This document shows, one piece after another, positions 10,613 to 20,251 of a stretch of 64,000 bases of DNA (its first letter is position 1; each line of letters opens with the position of its first letter). This stretch comes from Leptospira sp. (GTDB taxonomy: Bacteria > Spirochaetota > Leptospiria > Leptospirales > Leptospiraceae), in the NCBI GenBank assembly GCA_034439575.1, contig JAWXAQ010000016.1, forward strand, positions 1 through 64,000. Direction: 5' to 3'. A model generated the notes under the pieces. That model worked only from the letters and a program-made list of their open reading frames with translations, was not told the origin of the DNA and ran no database searches. Both the position numbers and the translations under genes were made by a program.

Positions 10613-11077
10613 ATGGCAAAACCAGCGGCAAAGTCAGCAGAAAAAGGGGTGGATAAAAAGTTCATTGAAGAAGTGAAAGAACTTCTCCAAGAGAAAAAAC
10701 AATCCCTTCTCATCAAATTGAATCAGTGGGAAGACACAAGTTCTCCTTCTGGTTTGAAAGAGATGGGTGACATTGCAGATATTGCCTCTGAGTTGAATGC
10801 AGAAGCCCTTAGCTCCGTTCTGACAGAAAATGAAATTGATACCCTCAAAGAGATAGAATTTGCTCTGGAAAAGATCGAGAATGGAACCTATGGCATTTGT
10901 GAGGGAACTGGTAAAAAAATTCCCGTAGCACGTCTGAAAGCGCTTCCATGGACTCGTTTCACTGTAGAGCATGCCGAGCAAATGGCCAAAAGTAAATCCC
11001 GGGCTGGTGGTTATCACCGTATGGATACTTTATCTTCCTATCCGACAGCATCCATGGATATGGATTCTCTCGATTAA
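10613..11077 (+). CDS. dksA: DksA/TraR-family transcription factor
   Basis: Coiled-coil tip DIADIA; ALEKIENGTYGICE..IPVARLKALPWT. Confidence 0.88.
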   Translation: MAKPAAKSAEKGVDKKFIEEVKELLQEKKQSLLIKLNQWEDTSSPSGLKEMGDIADIASELNAEALSSVLTENEIDTLKEIEFALEKIENGTYGICEGTGKKIPVARLKALPWTRFTVEHAEQMAKSKSRAGGYHRMDTLSSYPTASMDMDSLD

Positions 11078-11170
11078 AATAGTTTCAGATTTTTCTTAGA
11101 TCATTTCTTATTCCCTAGACTTTTAAAATTCAATTGCAAGACCGAGCCTAAATAGTATTCACGATAGATC

Positions 11171-13252
11171 GTGAAATACCTACAAAGATTTTACCGCCTC
11201 CCTTGGGAAAATTTGCTCTTTTTCTCTATTTTTTCGATTCTCTTTTTTATCTGTTATCGCTTTGTTTTCCCGATGCCAGCTTCCTGGTTTTTGCCCAATT
11301 TTTTATTCCAATTTGGATTTGGTTTCTTACCACAATTGTACAGCCGAAAATTTGGACGAATTTATACTGCCTGTGGGGCCATATTACTCGCAAGGAGTTC
11401 CTGGATTTTAGATGCCAACCCGCAATTTCACTTAAATGACCTGGCTGGACTCTTTTTAGGATCTATCTTCGGAATTCTCTTTCGAGAAATCTTACTCGTT
11501 TTTTCGGGAAGTGGAGAAATGCCTCTCCCAAAACAATCCGATCAAATTGTAACCCAATGGTTGATCAGAAATCCTTTGGCCATCAAACAACCTAGTTTAT
11601 TTTTTTATACACCCACATACTTTTTGTTTTGGTTAATGATACTGTTCCTATGTACTTTTTTGCAAGGTTTTGGATTTTCCTTTTTGCACGGATTGGGAGT
11701 ACCTGAATTTTTTTATCTAAATGGAATATCTTCCAGAACATTTTTGTCGGTGCCCATGGGAATACTGACTAGCGTTAGTTTGCCTATATTGTATTTTTTT
11801 GCGGAAGAAAGATTTGGTATTGCTACGAATCGCGAGTCTTTACGCAAACATTTGTTCTTTGGTATCTTTATAGGATTCTGCATTCAACTTTTTGTCATAA
11901 GTATGCAGACAATTTTTTTGCCGAGTTTTCTAATAGATGGCTCTGGAAGTTCTTTTGATGCAAAAAGATACCCAGGACTTTATTTGGATTCGGGCTCATC
12001 TTCATGGATACTTCCTACACTCAGTTTGGTTTTCATTTATTTCCTTCATGGGCGATATAAAAAAACTCGTGAATCTTTTGTTTATCTCTTAGTTTTTCTT
12101 TTATTGTTTCTTGTAACCTACTTAGGATTTCACCAAGCAAAAACGTTTTGGGTGATTTGGACAATTACTCTATTAATCTTTTGTGTCATGTATCTAAGTG
12201 GCAAATGGATAAAAAGTATAAAACTTGTTTGGGCAATTCGTGGAATTTCCTTTTTACTCTTACCCATTTTACTTGTAACTGTGCTCTGGTCTTTTTCCAA
12301 GTTATCAAAAGAATCAAAACTTGGTGAGTTAGGAAATAAATATCTAAGCTTTCAAACTTCTATGCTTGAGAAAAAAGGTATGGATTCATTAAAGGATTTG
12401 GATCAGACCAGGGGAGAATTGATCCAAATTTCCTGGGAGAATTTTCATAAATCTCCATGGTTTGGCAATGGTTTAGGATCTTTACCTATCCTTTTAAAAG
12501 ATCAAAATAGATCTGGCACAAAGCTTAACAGTGAATTGATTGATTTACCGCCTAATTTTGTATTAGCGATTTTACATGATCATGGTATTTTTGGCACCAT
12601 TTTTGTATTTTTACTCATTGCACTTTTGGTTTGGGAAAGATCGAGTTATATTAGCCTACTATTATTAGTATTACCTTTGCAATTTGGCATGATGGTTCAG
12701 CACGGTGATGGAGCTTTCGTTGCTTTGTTCTTGTTGTTTTACCCACTAACAGACGCTACACTTGTCACAAAGCCATTACGTTATACAAATTGGTTTCGAT
12801 TTACTGTAATTATCATTTGTCTAGGGGTTCCACTTCATTATTTTCTTTTCTATACGGAAAAATTGATAGGGCAAGGTATCGGATCAGAGTTTCGAAAAAA
12901 AGAAATCGGATCATACCAAATTCAGGTTTCGATTCCTGCCCTTGGAAATATCGCCCATCATCAATTTTTTGCTTCGACCATTGAATGGAAATTAGCTAAT
13001 GGGTTAACAAATAAATTCAAAGATTTGAATTTTATGGCAGATGGTGAAAACATTCAAATAAAATTGATTTGGAAAAATGCAAAGAGGGAAACTATTCTTG
13101 AATCGCTAACAGAAAAGGCGTTCAGAAATACCTACGGCTGGGGTGGTAAAATTCCGCCAGATGCAGAATATGTAGTAGTTAAGATTAGCGGAACCAATCA
13201 TGTATTTGTATCTAAATTTTATTTTAATTCTAGTGGTGAGTTAAAACTTTGA
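11171..13252 (+). CDS. Polytopic membrane protein, O-antigen ligase/Wzy-like
   Basis: Many TM helices; TRGELIQISW..SPWFGNGLG..NFVLAILHDHGIFG resembles Wzy_C. Confidence 0.7.
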   Translation: MKYLQRFYRLPWENLLFFSIFSILFFICYRFVFPMPASWFLPNFLFQFGFGFLPQLYSRKFGRIYTACGAILLARSSWILDANPQFHLNDLAGLFLGSIFGILFREILLVFSGSGEMPLPKQSDQIVTQWLIRNPLAIKQPSLFFYTPTYFLFWLMILFLCTFLQGFGFSFLHGLGVPEFFYLNGISSRTFLSVPMGILTSVSLPILYFFAEERFGIATNRESLRKHLFFGIFIGFCIQLFVISMQTIFLPSFLIDGSGSSFDAKRYPGLYLDSGSSSWILPTLSLVFIYFLHGRYKKTRESFVYLLVFLLLFLVTYLGFHQAKTFWVIWTITLLIFCVMYLSGKWIKSIKLVWAIRGISFLLLPILLVTVLWSFSKLSKESKLGELGNKYLSFQTSMLEKKGMDSLKDLDQTRGELIQISWENFHKSPWFGNGLGSLPILLKDQNRSGTKLNSELIDLPPNFVLAILHDHGIFGTIFVFLLIALLVWERSSYISLLLLVLPLQFGMMVQHGDGAFVALFLLFYPLTDATLVTKPLRYTNWFRFTVIIICLGVPLHYFLFYTEKLIGQGIGSEFRKKEIGSYQIQVSIPALGNIAHHQFFASTIEWKLANGLTNKFKDLNFMADGENIQIKLIWKNAKRETILESLTEKAFRNTYGWGGKIPPDAEYVVVKISGTNHVFVSKFYFNSSGELKL

Positions 13253-13257
13253 TAAAG

Positions 13258-14421
13258 CTAAATTAAGTCTCGCAGAACGGAAAGGTAGTTTGTTTTGCCG
13301 TTTGGCAATTTAGGAATGGAAGAAACAAAGACAATTTTTTTTGGAATATGGCTATTCGGGATTTCCTTTTCCCAAAGTGATTTTAAATTTTCAATTGGTG
13401 AATCTGAAATGATCATACAACCAATTTCATAATCCCCATCTTTCGGATAACTAACTACCGCTAGATCATCTACTGTGGGATTATTTATTTGAAGAAAAGT
13501 TTCTATCTGGTCTAGTGAAATTCTTTTTCCTTTAATTTTTGTAATGCGATCAACTCTACCAAAATAATTCCAACCAAGATCGGAAAAGTTTCCACAATCA
13601 TTCGTATCAAAGTATCCATCAAAATCCAAAATTGACTTGAGCTCCCATTTTTTTGTCTCATCTGATCCGGGATTTGCAACTAAGGCTTGTGAGGAAACAA
13701 ATTCACTTTGCACTTTCAACACTTCTTCTCCGTCTTTGTACATAATTCTGGGAATAACGTTTGGAAGGAATGTATACCTTGCTTTCCAAAGAGGATCTCT
13801 ATATCCCATAGCACCAGTTTCTGTGGAACCATAAATTTCCCGAACTTCCGATAAACCTTCTTTACGAATATCTTGTGCGAGATCCACAGGGAACTTTGAT
13901 CCAGAAGTGATCAATCGTTTTGGAAGTGGTATATTTTTTGTCCGACATTGTTTTATAAAATAAGGGATGGTAATCAATAGATCATTATTTTGGAATGAAA
14001 CGTTAGTTAGGTCTTTGGGTAACACATAAGAAACAGAGACATCTATCGCTTTTGGTAGAATATGGCCCCAAATCAATCCATAAAGATGGCATAGCGGAAC
14101 AGAAACTATAAATCGATCTTCTTTAGATAAAGTCCAACCAAGAAGAGATTCGCTTTTTTCTAACCAAAGCTGAACTTCAGCTAACAATTGATATTTATCT
14201 TTTTGTATGAGTTTCGGTAAACCTGTACTTCCCGAGGTAGCGATCCAAAATTTTCCTTTTGTCTCGCCAAATAGGTAATTAGGTGCAGATTCGATCTCAG
14301 AAACAAGGTTTGTGTTTTTCCATTTTGGATCGATGAGAATTGGTTCTTCGCCTAGTTCTAAATCCTCATCCCAATGCCCGCGAAGAAAGTATTCATTCTC
14401 TGCAAAAACTAACTTTGCCAT
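13258..14421 (-). CDS. AMP-binding adenylate-forming enzyme (short acyl-CoA/ACP ligase-like)
   Basis: TSGSTGLPK, YGSTETG, GRVDRITKIKG, PKLPNGK. Confidence 0.88.
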   Translation of the reverse strand: MAKLVFAENEYFLRGHWDEDLELGEEPILIDPKWKNTNLVSEIESAPNYLFGETKGKFWIATSGSTGLPKLIQKDKYQLLAEVQLWLEKSESLLGWTLSKEDRFIVSVPLCHLYGLIWGHILPKAIDVSVSYVLPKDLTNVSFQNNDLLITIPYFIKQCRTKNIPLPKRLITSGSKFPVDLAQDIRKEGLSEVREIYGSTETGAMGYRDPLWKARYTFLPNVIPRIMYKDGEEVLKVQSEFVSSQALVANPGSDETKKWELKSILDFDGYFDTNDCGNFSDLGWNYFGRVDRITKIKGKRISLDQIETFLQINNPTVDDLAVVSYPKDGDYEIGCMIISDSPIENLKSLWEKEIPNSHIPKKIVFVSSIPKLPNGKTNYLSVLRDLI

Positions 14422-14427
14422 TATACC

Positions 14428-14461
14428 AAAAAACCCTCCCCAAGAGAATTGGGAAGGGTTT
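14428..14461 (-). terminator. Intrinsic terminator after LruC-like paralog 1
   Basis: Minus strand CCCTTCCCAA-ttctc-TTGGGGAGGG followed by a T run. Confidence 0.75.
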
Positions 14462-14498
14462 CTTTAGGTAGATAAAATTATCTAAGTTCTATTTTTCT

Positions 14499-16205
14499 TT
14501 AAGCAGTAGCCTTGGACGACTTTCTTTTCAATAGAAAACCCATCGCCGCCCCGAGAACAATTAAGCTTGCCGAGACTCCGATAATGTTTGAACCAACGGC
14601 CTTAATGAGGTATGCGGAAAATCCAGTTTCAGTATAGAAAGTGGAAACCATCACAACTCGGTCAGGATTGGTGATTTTTGTGTACCAATCTTTATTGGAT
14701 ACACCCTTTGATTCTGCCCATGCTGCGAAGTATGCATATCCTGTAGTCGATGCTTTTCTAATATCTGCTCCGTTAGTTGGATGATTGAATACACCAGGAA
14801 CTACGATAGCATAAGGGAAGTTATCTTTTCCCAAGTAAAGATCTTTTCCATTTCCATCAAACACATAGCCTGGTCTGTAAATTTGCGTAAATACACCTTT
14901 TGTCTTGGCACTGGTTGCTAAGAACCAATTCAATTGGCCATCAACTAAATTCTTAGAAGTCGAAAGATCAACCGGTTCATCAAAAGTCACAGTGATATAC
15001 GCTGTGATTCCACGAACGAAGTCGTTTGCAGTGAAAGCTTGGCCAGTTGTACCAAAGTTTTGTTTGTTGGATCCACTTTTGAAGGCATTTGGGATAACAA
15101 GTAATCCTGTTTTTAATTGGTCAGCAGATAAATTTCCACCTGTACAATCTCCACCAGCATTCGCTACGTATTTTGGTGCCTCAGCGCATCCATTCCATAC
15201 ATTACCTGATCCATCAACATAATTGACTTCAAATTTCGCACCCACTGGCACATCTAATTTTAATCTCAATTCATGGTCATGACCTGGTCCTTTGGAAACA
15301 TGAGTCACAATTCCGCGTAACACTTTCACTTTGTTACCTGGTGTTTTGTCAAGTTCAGTTGAAAATATAGATGTGTGATCATTTAAATCAGCAGAACCTA
15401 CATTTGGGTATGAATCTTCAAAAGCAATTGTGTATCTTCCGGAGCTAGTTGTGGAAACAAGTGAATTGTCAGATGGAAATTCGTCATTTTGGTCTATTAC
15501 ACCATCACAGTCAGAATCGTTCGCCTGCGAACAACCGCTAATTGGTTGAAAGTTTTCAGTGACGATTTCAACAGATGGGGCAATAGTAGTTTGGTCTGTC
15601 GGAGATTGAGTTGGAACAGTACCCGAGATTTCTTGGATCTCGCCAGTTGATGGATTCACACCGACAATGCTTACTTCTACTTGGGTTGTAGTGCTAGGAA
15701 TGGAAACAGGAATCGTGACACTACCATTGGAATCTGTTGTTCCTTGGCCGAGTACGTTTGAATCCCCAGAAGGATTTACTTCTGAAATAGTTACTGGAAT
15801 GCCTGCAGACAGAGAGGCACCATTTGATACCGTCACTTCTACTGGTACTGTTTCTGTTGTGGCAAAAGAAAACAAATTAGAGTTATCGGTCGGAGCGATC
15901 ACATTGCTAGTTGTCGTTGCTGTAACTGTTGTCGTCGTCGTTGCTTGACCATCACTTGAAGCAGATGATTCGCTTGTAGTCGAGGAGGATCCTTCAGTCG
16001 TCGAAGTTGTGACTTGCGATGCATCAGTAGCGACTGCTTCGACAGTAAAACTACTGCCAGTAGATGCCACCGCCGAAGTGTTTGTCGATGCCGCAGGGGT
16101 ATCACCGCCGAGTAGACCTGGAGGGAATAGAAGTAGTCCTTTCTTCTTATTCGAACATGCGAACAAAAGTAAGGGGATTGCGAATAGAATGAGAAGTTTT
16201 TTCAT
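14499..16205 (-). CDS. LruC/DUF4842-domain lipoprotein with C-terminal TM anchor (paralog 1)
   Basis: Lipobox LLFAC; S/T-rich linker; DSDCDGVIDQNDEFP; YTIAFEDSYP..DLNDH; FPYAIVVPGVFNHP..WAESKG..DWY; TM followed by KRK. Confidence 0.85.
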   Translation of the reverse strand: MKKLLILFAIPLLLFACSNKKKGLLLFPPGLLGGDTPAASTNTSAVASTGSSFTVEAVATDASQVTTSTTEGSSSTTSESSASSDGQATTTTTVTATTTSNVIAPTDNSNLFSFATTETVPVEVTVSNGASLSAGIPVTISEVNPSGDSNVLGQGTTDSNGSVTIPVSIPSTTTQVEVSIVGVNPSTGEIQEISGTVPTQSPTDQTTIAPSVEIVTENFQPISGCSQANDSDCDGVIDQNDEFPSDNSLVSTTSSGRYTIAFEDSYPNVGSADLNDHTSIFSTELDKTPGNKVKVLRGIVTHVSKGPGHDHELRLKLDVPVGAKFEVNYVDGSGNVWNGCAEAPKYVANAGGDCTGGNLSADQLKTGLLVIPNAFKSGSNKQNFGTTGQAFTANDFVRGITAYITVTFDEPVDLSTSKNLVDGQLNWFLATSAKTKGVFTQIYRPGYVFDGNGKDLYLGKDNFPYAIVVPGVFNHPTNGADIRKASTTGYAYFAAWAESKGVSNKDWYTKITNPDRVVMVSTFYTETGFSAYLIKAVGSNIIGVSASLIVLGAAMGFLLKRKSSKATA

Positions 16206-16227
16206 AAATTTGGCTACCTTATAGTGA

Positions 16228-16256
16228 AATATACGACAATATTCTTAAATAATCAA
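16228..16256 (-). promoter_or_regulatory. Sigma70-type promoter of LruC-like paralog 1
   Basis: Minus strand TTGATT-17 nt-TATATT; shares TTGTCG before the -10 with the paralog 2 promoter. Confidence 0.6.
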
Positions 16257-16393
16257 CTGAATCAGAAAAAATTTGAGGGAAATGGATAGGGAGAATACGG
16301 CCTAGTATGATAGTTGAGCAAAAAAAAATCGCATTTTTCTTTAAAGAGACAAAATACAATTTTCCTTCTAATTTGTTAAAAGCTTTATGCAAT

Positions 16394-16421
16394 AAAAAAC
16401 CCCCGGAAAATTCCGAGGGTT
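16394..16421 (-). terminator. Intrinsic terminator after LruC-like paralog 2
   Basis: Minus strand AACCCTCGGAATTTTCCGGGGGTTTTTT, a hairpin plus U tract. Confidence 0.8.
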
Positions 16422-16448
16422 CTTTCTAAAATCAAGGTAGGGTTTTCT

Positions 16449-18167
16449 TTAAGCAGATGCTTTCGAAGATTTTCGTTTCAAAAGAAAGCCCATCGCCGCA
16501 CCGAGAACAATTAAGCTCGCCGATACTTCGAATATATTTGCTTTTACTGCTTTGATGAGATAAGCAGAAAAACCATTCTCAGTATAGAAATCTTTGATAC
16601 GAACCACATACACAGGATTTGTGATTTGTGTGTACCAGTCTCTATGTTCAACACCATTTGATTCTGCCCAAGTATTGAAATACGCATAACCTGTGGAAGA
16701 GGCTTTGCGAATGTCTGAACCAGCCGTTGGGTGATTGAAAACACCTGGAACGATGATGGCCCAAGGGAAACCTTTTGAATCAATGTAAACATCTTTTCCA
16801 GTTCCATCAAACACATAACCTGGACGGTATATTTGTCTATATACATTGTTAGTTTTTTGATTGAATGCAAGGAACCAGTTTAGGTGTCCACCAACGGTAT
16901 TTGAAGACGTATTTAAGTTTACTGCTTCATCAAAAGTGATGGTTAAGTTAGCTGTAACTCCGCGCACGAAATTGGCCGCTGTGAAGGCAGCACCAGGAGC
17001 TGGCGAGTTTTGTTTTCCAAACAGAGTTTTGTCTGAACTTGGTAAAATCAAAACGCCTGTTTTGAGAGCCGCTGATGTGAATGTTCCACCAGTACAGTCT
17101 CCTGTAGCGCCTGCTACATATTTAGTAGCGCTAGCACAACCAGTCCAAGGATTTCCAGATCCATCCACATAAGAAATTTCTACTGTGGCTCCCACTGGCA
17201 CATCAAGTTTTAATCTTAGTTCATGATTGTAACCTGCACCTTTTCCAACATGTGTGAAAATACCACGTATCACTTTCACTTTGTTAGCAGGTGATTTGTC
17301 CATTTCCGTGCTGAAAACTGTTGTATGGTCGTTTAAATCAGCATCCCCAGCATTTGGAAATAAATCCTCAAATGCGATGGTATATCTGCCTGAACGAGCA
17401 GTGGAAGAAAGAGTAGGATCAGATGGAAATTCATCATATAGATTTGCTACACCGTCACAGTCAGTATCAACTGCCGCAACACAACCGTTCGTAGGTTGAA
17501 AATTGTCTGTTGTGAGATTTACTGTTGGTGCAACAATCACAGTTCCAGTGGAAGATCCAGGAGTTCCGTTTCCGTTTGCTAATTGCACAGGAGCTGTTCC
17601 TGTTAATTCTTCAACAGCACCATTTGTCGGATTGATACCTATAACACTGATGTTCACCTCAGTCACAGTAGGTGGAACAGTGATCGGGATTGTAGCATTT
17701 CCGTTTGAGTCTGTCGTGCCTTGGCCAAGGATATTTGTTTCCCCAGTTGAGGATTCAGAAACAGTTACTGGAGCATTTGCGATTGGACCTGCTGCATTTT
17801 CTAAATGGACTGTTACTGGAACAGTGATATTTGTTTCAAAGTTAAATCCACCGTTAGCATTTGTTTGGTTGACAACAGTGGTTGTCGTATTCGCGCTGAC
17901 TGTCGTATTTGCTTCAGCCACAGGTTCGCCGGAGGCAGAAGATTCTGTCGTCGAAGAAGAACTTTCTGTGGTCCCTGTTTCTGTTGTCGCATCTAAACTG
18001 ACCACAGAGAAATTATCTGCCGTTGCTTCTGTTGCAGCGGCTGGTGTATTAGATGATGGAGTGTCTCCGCCAAGAAGTCCTGGAGGGAATAGAAGGAGCC
18101 CTTTTTTCTTGTTCGAACATGCGAAGAAGAGTAGAGGGATCGTTAATAAGATGATTATCTTTTTCAT
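16449..18167 (-). CDS. LruC/DUF4842-domain lipoprotein with C-terminal TM anchor (paralog 2)
   Basis: Start placed at ATG 18167 (RBS TAGGA; MKKIIILLTIPLLFFAC). YTIAFEDLFPNAGDADLNDH, FPWAIIVPGVFNHP; TM followed by KRK. Confidence 0.87.
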   Translation of the reverse strand: MKKIIILLTIPLLFFACSNKKKGLLLFPPGLLGGDTPSSNTPAAATEATADNFSVVSLDATTETGTTESSSSTTESSASGEPVAEANTTVSANTTTTVVNQTNANGGFNFETNITVPVTVHLENAAGPIANAPVTVSESSTGETNILGQGTTDSNGNATIPITVPPTVTEVNISVIGINPTNGAVEELTGTAPVQLANGNGTPGSSTGTVIVAPTVNLTTDNFQPTNGCVAAVDTDCDGVANLYDEFPSDPTLSSTARSGRYTIAFEDLFPNAGDADLNDHTTVFSTEMDKSPANKVKVIRGIFTHVGKGAGYNHELRLKLDVPVGATVEISYVDGSGNPWTGCASATKYVAGATGDCTGGTFTSAALKTGVLILPSSDKTLFGKQNSPAPGAAFTAANFVRGVTANLTITFDEAVNLNTSSNTVGGHLNWFLAFNQKTNNVYRQIYRPGYVFDGTGKDVYIDSKGFPWAIIVPGVFNHPTAGSDIRKASSTGYAYFNTWAESNGVEHRDWYTQITNPVYVVRIKDFYTENGFSAYLIKAVKANIFEVSASLIVLGAAMGFLLKRKSSKASA

Positions 18168-18188
18168 GTTGATGGTCCTACCTAGTAA

Positions 18189-18217
18189 ATTATACGACAA
18201 AAATTCCAAAAAGCCAA
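18189..18217 (-). promoter_or_regulatory. Sigma70-type promoter of LruC-like paralog 2
   Basis: Minus strand TTGGCT-17 nt-TATAAT. Confidence 0.7.
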
Positions 18218-18333
18218 GTCTTTGTAAAAAAAAATTAGGGAATTCGATAAGATTTTTGAGGTGAAGTACGGACTAAGTTCAATTTTTTTTTCAAAACTAA
18301 GAATCTTATGTCGCGAGCCTCACCTAATTGGCA

Positions 18334-20148
18334 TTAACCAACCAATCGATTTCTCCATTTTTCACGGAAAAAATATCCAAAACCGATCCCGAGAAAACCA
18401 AACACCAAGGCCAACTCCCAAACAAAATCATGAACTGAGTCAATAAGAATGGCAGTAAATGGTCTGGCAGTGTAATGCGTTTTAATTCCAACAATATACG
18501 CTTCTTGATTTGCAGTCATAGTTTGTTCGAACCAATTGCGAGATAAAGTGCCCTTGGAACTTGCCCATTCTTTGAAGGTCGGATAACCTGTTTTTCCTTC
18601 ATTGTTTGGATCCAAAATATTTGTGACTTCTCTCGGGAAATTAAATACCCCAGGGACAATCACTCCAAATGGAAATCCTGTGATACGATCGATGTATAAA
18701 TCGTAAGGTGTTTCTGTATTTGATTTTAAAAAACCAGGTCGGTAGATTCTTTCACCAGTGCCACTGACACATAAGAAATAATTAAAATGTCCACCTGAGA
18801 TATTTTTATTTGCATATAGATCCACAGCCTCTTCAAACGTGATCGTAAACTTTGCGGTCATACCCAAAACAAAATTTAAATTCTCACCAACGCGTGGAGC
18901 ATTTTTAGCATTGTAGAGAGTGTTTTTTGAATTAGGGAAAATTAGAATGCCTTTTTTGAGTTGAGCGGATGTTAGGTTGCCGCCGACACAATCACCTACG
19001 TTAGCTTGTGAACTTAATGCCAGCGAACAATTTGGATTGATGATAGTATTTCCATCATTTCCGATATAAGTAATTTCAAAATTAGCATTCGTCGGGACAT
19101 CGAGTGCCATACGAAGGTCATGATTAAAGCCGGCACCCTTACCTACATGTGTAAAAGTTCCTCGAATGACTTTGGCTTTTCCTGTGGGAGTGTAATCAAC
19201 TTCTGTATTGAAAATACTAACATGGTCATTTAGATCCATATCATTGTTTGGATTTCTTGTGCCGTTTTGGATATAAGAAGATTGATAATAATCTTCCCAA
19301 GCGAGTGTAAATCGACCTGATTTGTCTGTCCAACCTAAGTTTGGATCGTTTGGATATTCGTCGTTTTCATCTGCCACTTGGTCACAATCAGCATCAATAT
19401 TTTGATTGCAGCCAGCAACTCCACCAAAATCAACAGTCGTTAGTTCAATCGATGGTGCTACGACAACAGTTCCTCCACCCGTATTGCCACCGTTATTTGA
19501 TCCACTTCCAGAACCATTCCCATCGGAAGTTTGGGTTGGAATTTGAATCGGGATACGACCAGTAATTTGTTGGTTTTGTCCTGTTTTGGGATTCGTTCCA
19601 AAAATTGTTAAGATGATTTCGTTCACATTCGGACGGACGGTGATTTTGATTGTGACTAATCCATCAGCACCTGTGATTCCTTGTGAAAGAAACTGAACAA
19701 GTGTTGGTGTCGATTGGTCTTCACTGGCTGTTACTGTTATACCAGAAAGTACACCATCTTCGTTTGATACGCGGATTGTAATCGTAGTGCTAATCGTATT
19801 GTCCCAAAGAAATGAGTCATTTAGCACCTGATAATTGATATTAGAAATGACCTGTGTAGAACCACCACCCGTCGGTGTTCCAAAAACTTGGTCACCTGAG
19901 GAAGAACCGTCTGTATTATTGTTTCCAGAACCAGTCGAAGAATTTCCATCACTTGGGACAACCGTGAAGGTTTCTCCATTGGCAGCATTTTCTATCGTTG
20001 TGGGAGAGGCCGCCACGGAATCAGTTGACCCGGAATTTGTTCCGCCGCCACCTAACATTAATAAAAATAATGGTAATCCTTTTTTCTTGGAAGAACAGGA
20101 AAATCCAAGAAAGATAATAAGGACACTAATGAGTAATTTTTTTAGCAT
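18334..20148 (-). CDS. LruC/DUF4842-domain lipoprotein with C-terminal TM anchor (paralog 3, divergent)
   Basis: Lipobox LGFSC; DADCDQVADENDEYPND; FTLAWEDYY..DLNDH; FPFGVIVPGVFNFP; TM followed by REKWRNR. Confidence 0.82.
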   Translation of the reverse strand: MLKKLLISVLIIFLGFSCSSKKKGLPLFLLMLGGGGTNSGSTDSVAASPTTIENAANGETFTVVPSDGNSSTGSGNNNTDGSSSGDQVFGTPTGGGSTQVISNINYQVLNDSFLWDNTISTTITIRVSNEDGVLSGITVTASEDQSTPTLVQFLSQGITGADGLVTIKITVRPNVNEIILTIFGTNPKTGQNQQITGRIPIQIPTQTSDGNGSGSGSNNGGNTGGGTVVVAPSIELTTVDFGGVAGCNQNIDADCDQVADENDEYPNDPNLGWTDKSGRFTLAWEDYYQSSYIQNGTRNPNNDMDLNDHVSIFNTEVDYTPTGKAKVIRGTFTHVGKGAGFNHDLRMALDVPTNANFEITYIGNDGNTIINPNCSLALSSQANVGDCVGGNLTSAQLKKGILIFPNSKNTLYNAKNAPRVGENLNFVLGMTAKFTITFEEAVDLYANKNISGGHFNYFLCVSGTGERIYRPGFLKSNTETPYDLYIDRITGFPFGVIVPGVFNFPREVTNILDPNNEGKTGYPTFKEWASSKGTLSRNWFEQTMTANQEAYIVGIKTHYTARPFTAILIDSVHDFVWELALVFGFLGIGFGYFFREKWRNRLVG

Positions 20149-20251
20149 GATTTATCCTCGCTTCATTAGAGTGACATAACCTTATGTTATCTCTGATCTC
20201 TAATTACATATCGCATGAATCGTAGTAAAAATCAAGTTTTATCAGAAAAAA

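Noticed and set aside
11171-14421. AMP-ligase plus membrane protein as a secondary-metabolite cluster
   Set aside because: No ACP, ketosynthase or NRPS/PKS genes are nearby, and the two genes are convergent.
17503-18264. 253-aa plus-strand ORF and other antisense ORFs over the LruC-like genes
   Set aside because: They are shadows of low-complexity S/T/A-rich coding on the opposite strand and have no recognisable motifs.
18288-18316. TTATGTCGC half-site resembling an Xer/dif arm, with a similar GACATAA..TTATG at about 20173-20187
   Set aside because: The partner arm and spacer do not form a convincing 28-bp dif site, and chance matches are plausible in AT-rich DNA.
14499-20148. Repeats among the three paralogs as a DGR template/variable pair or as silent cassettes
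   Set aside because: All three are intact genes, differences look mostly synonymous rather than adenine-specific, and no reverse transcriptase or invertase is nearby.
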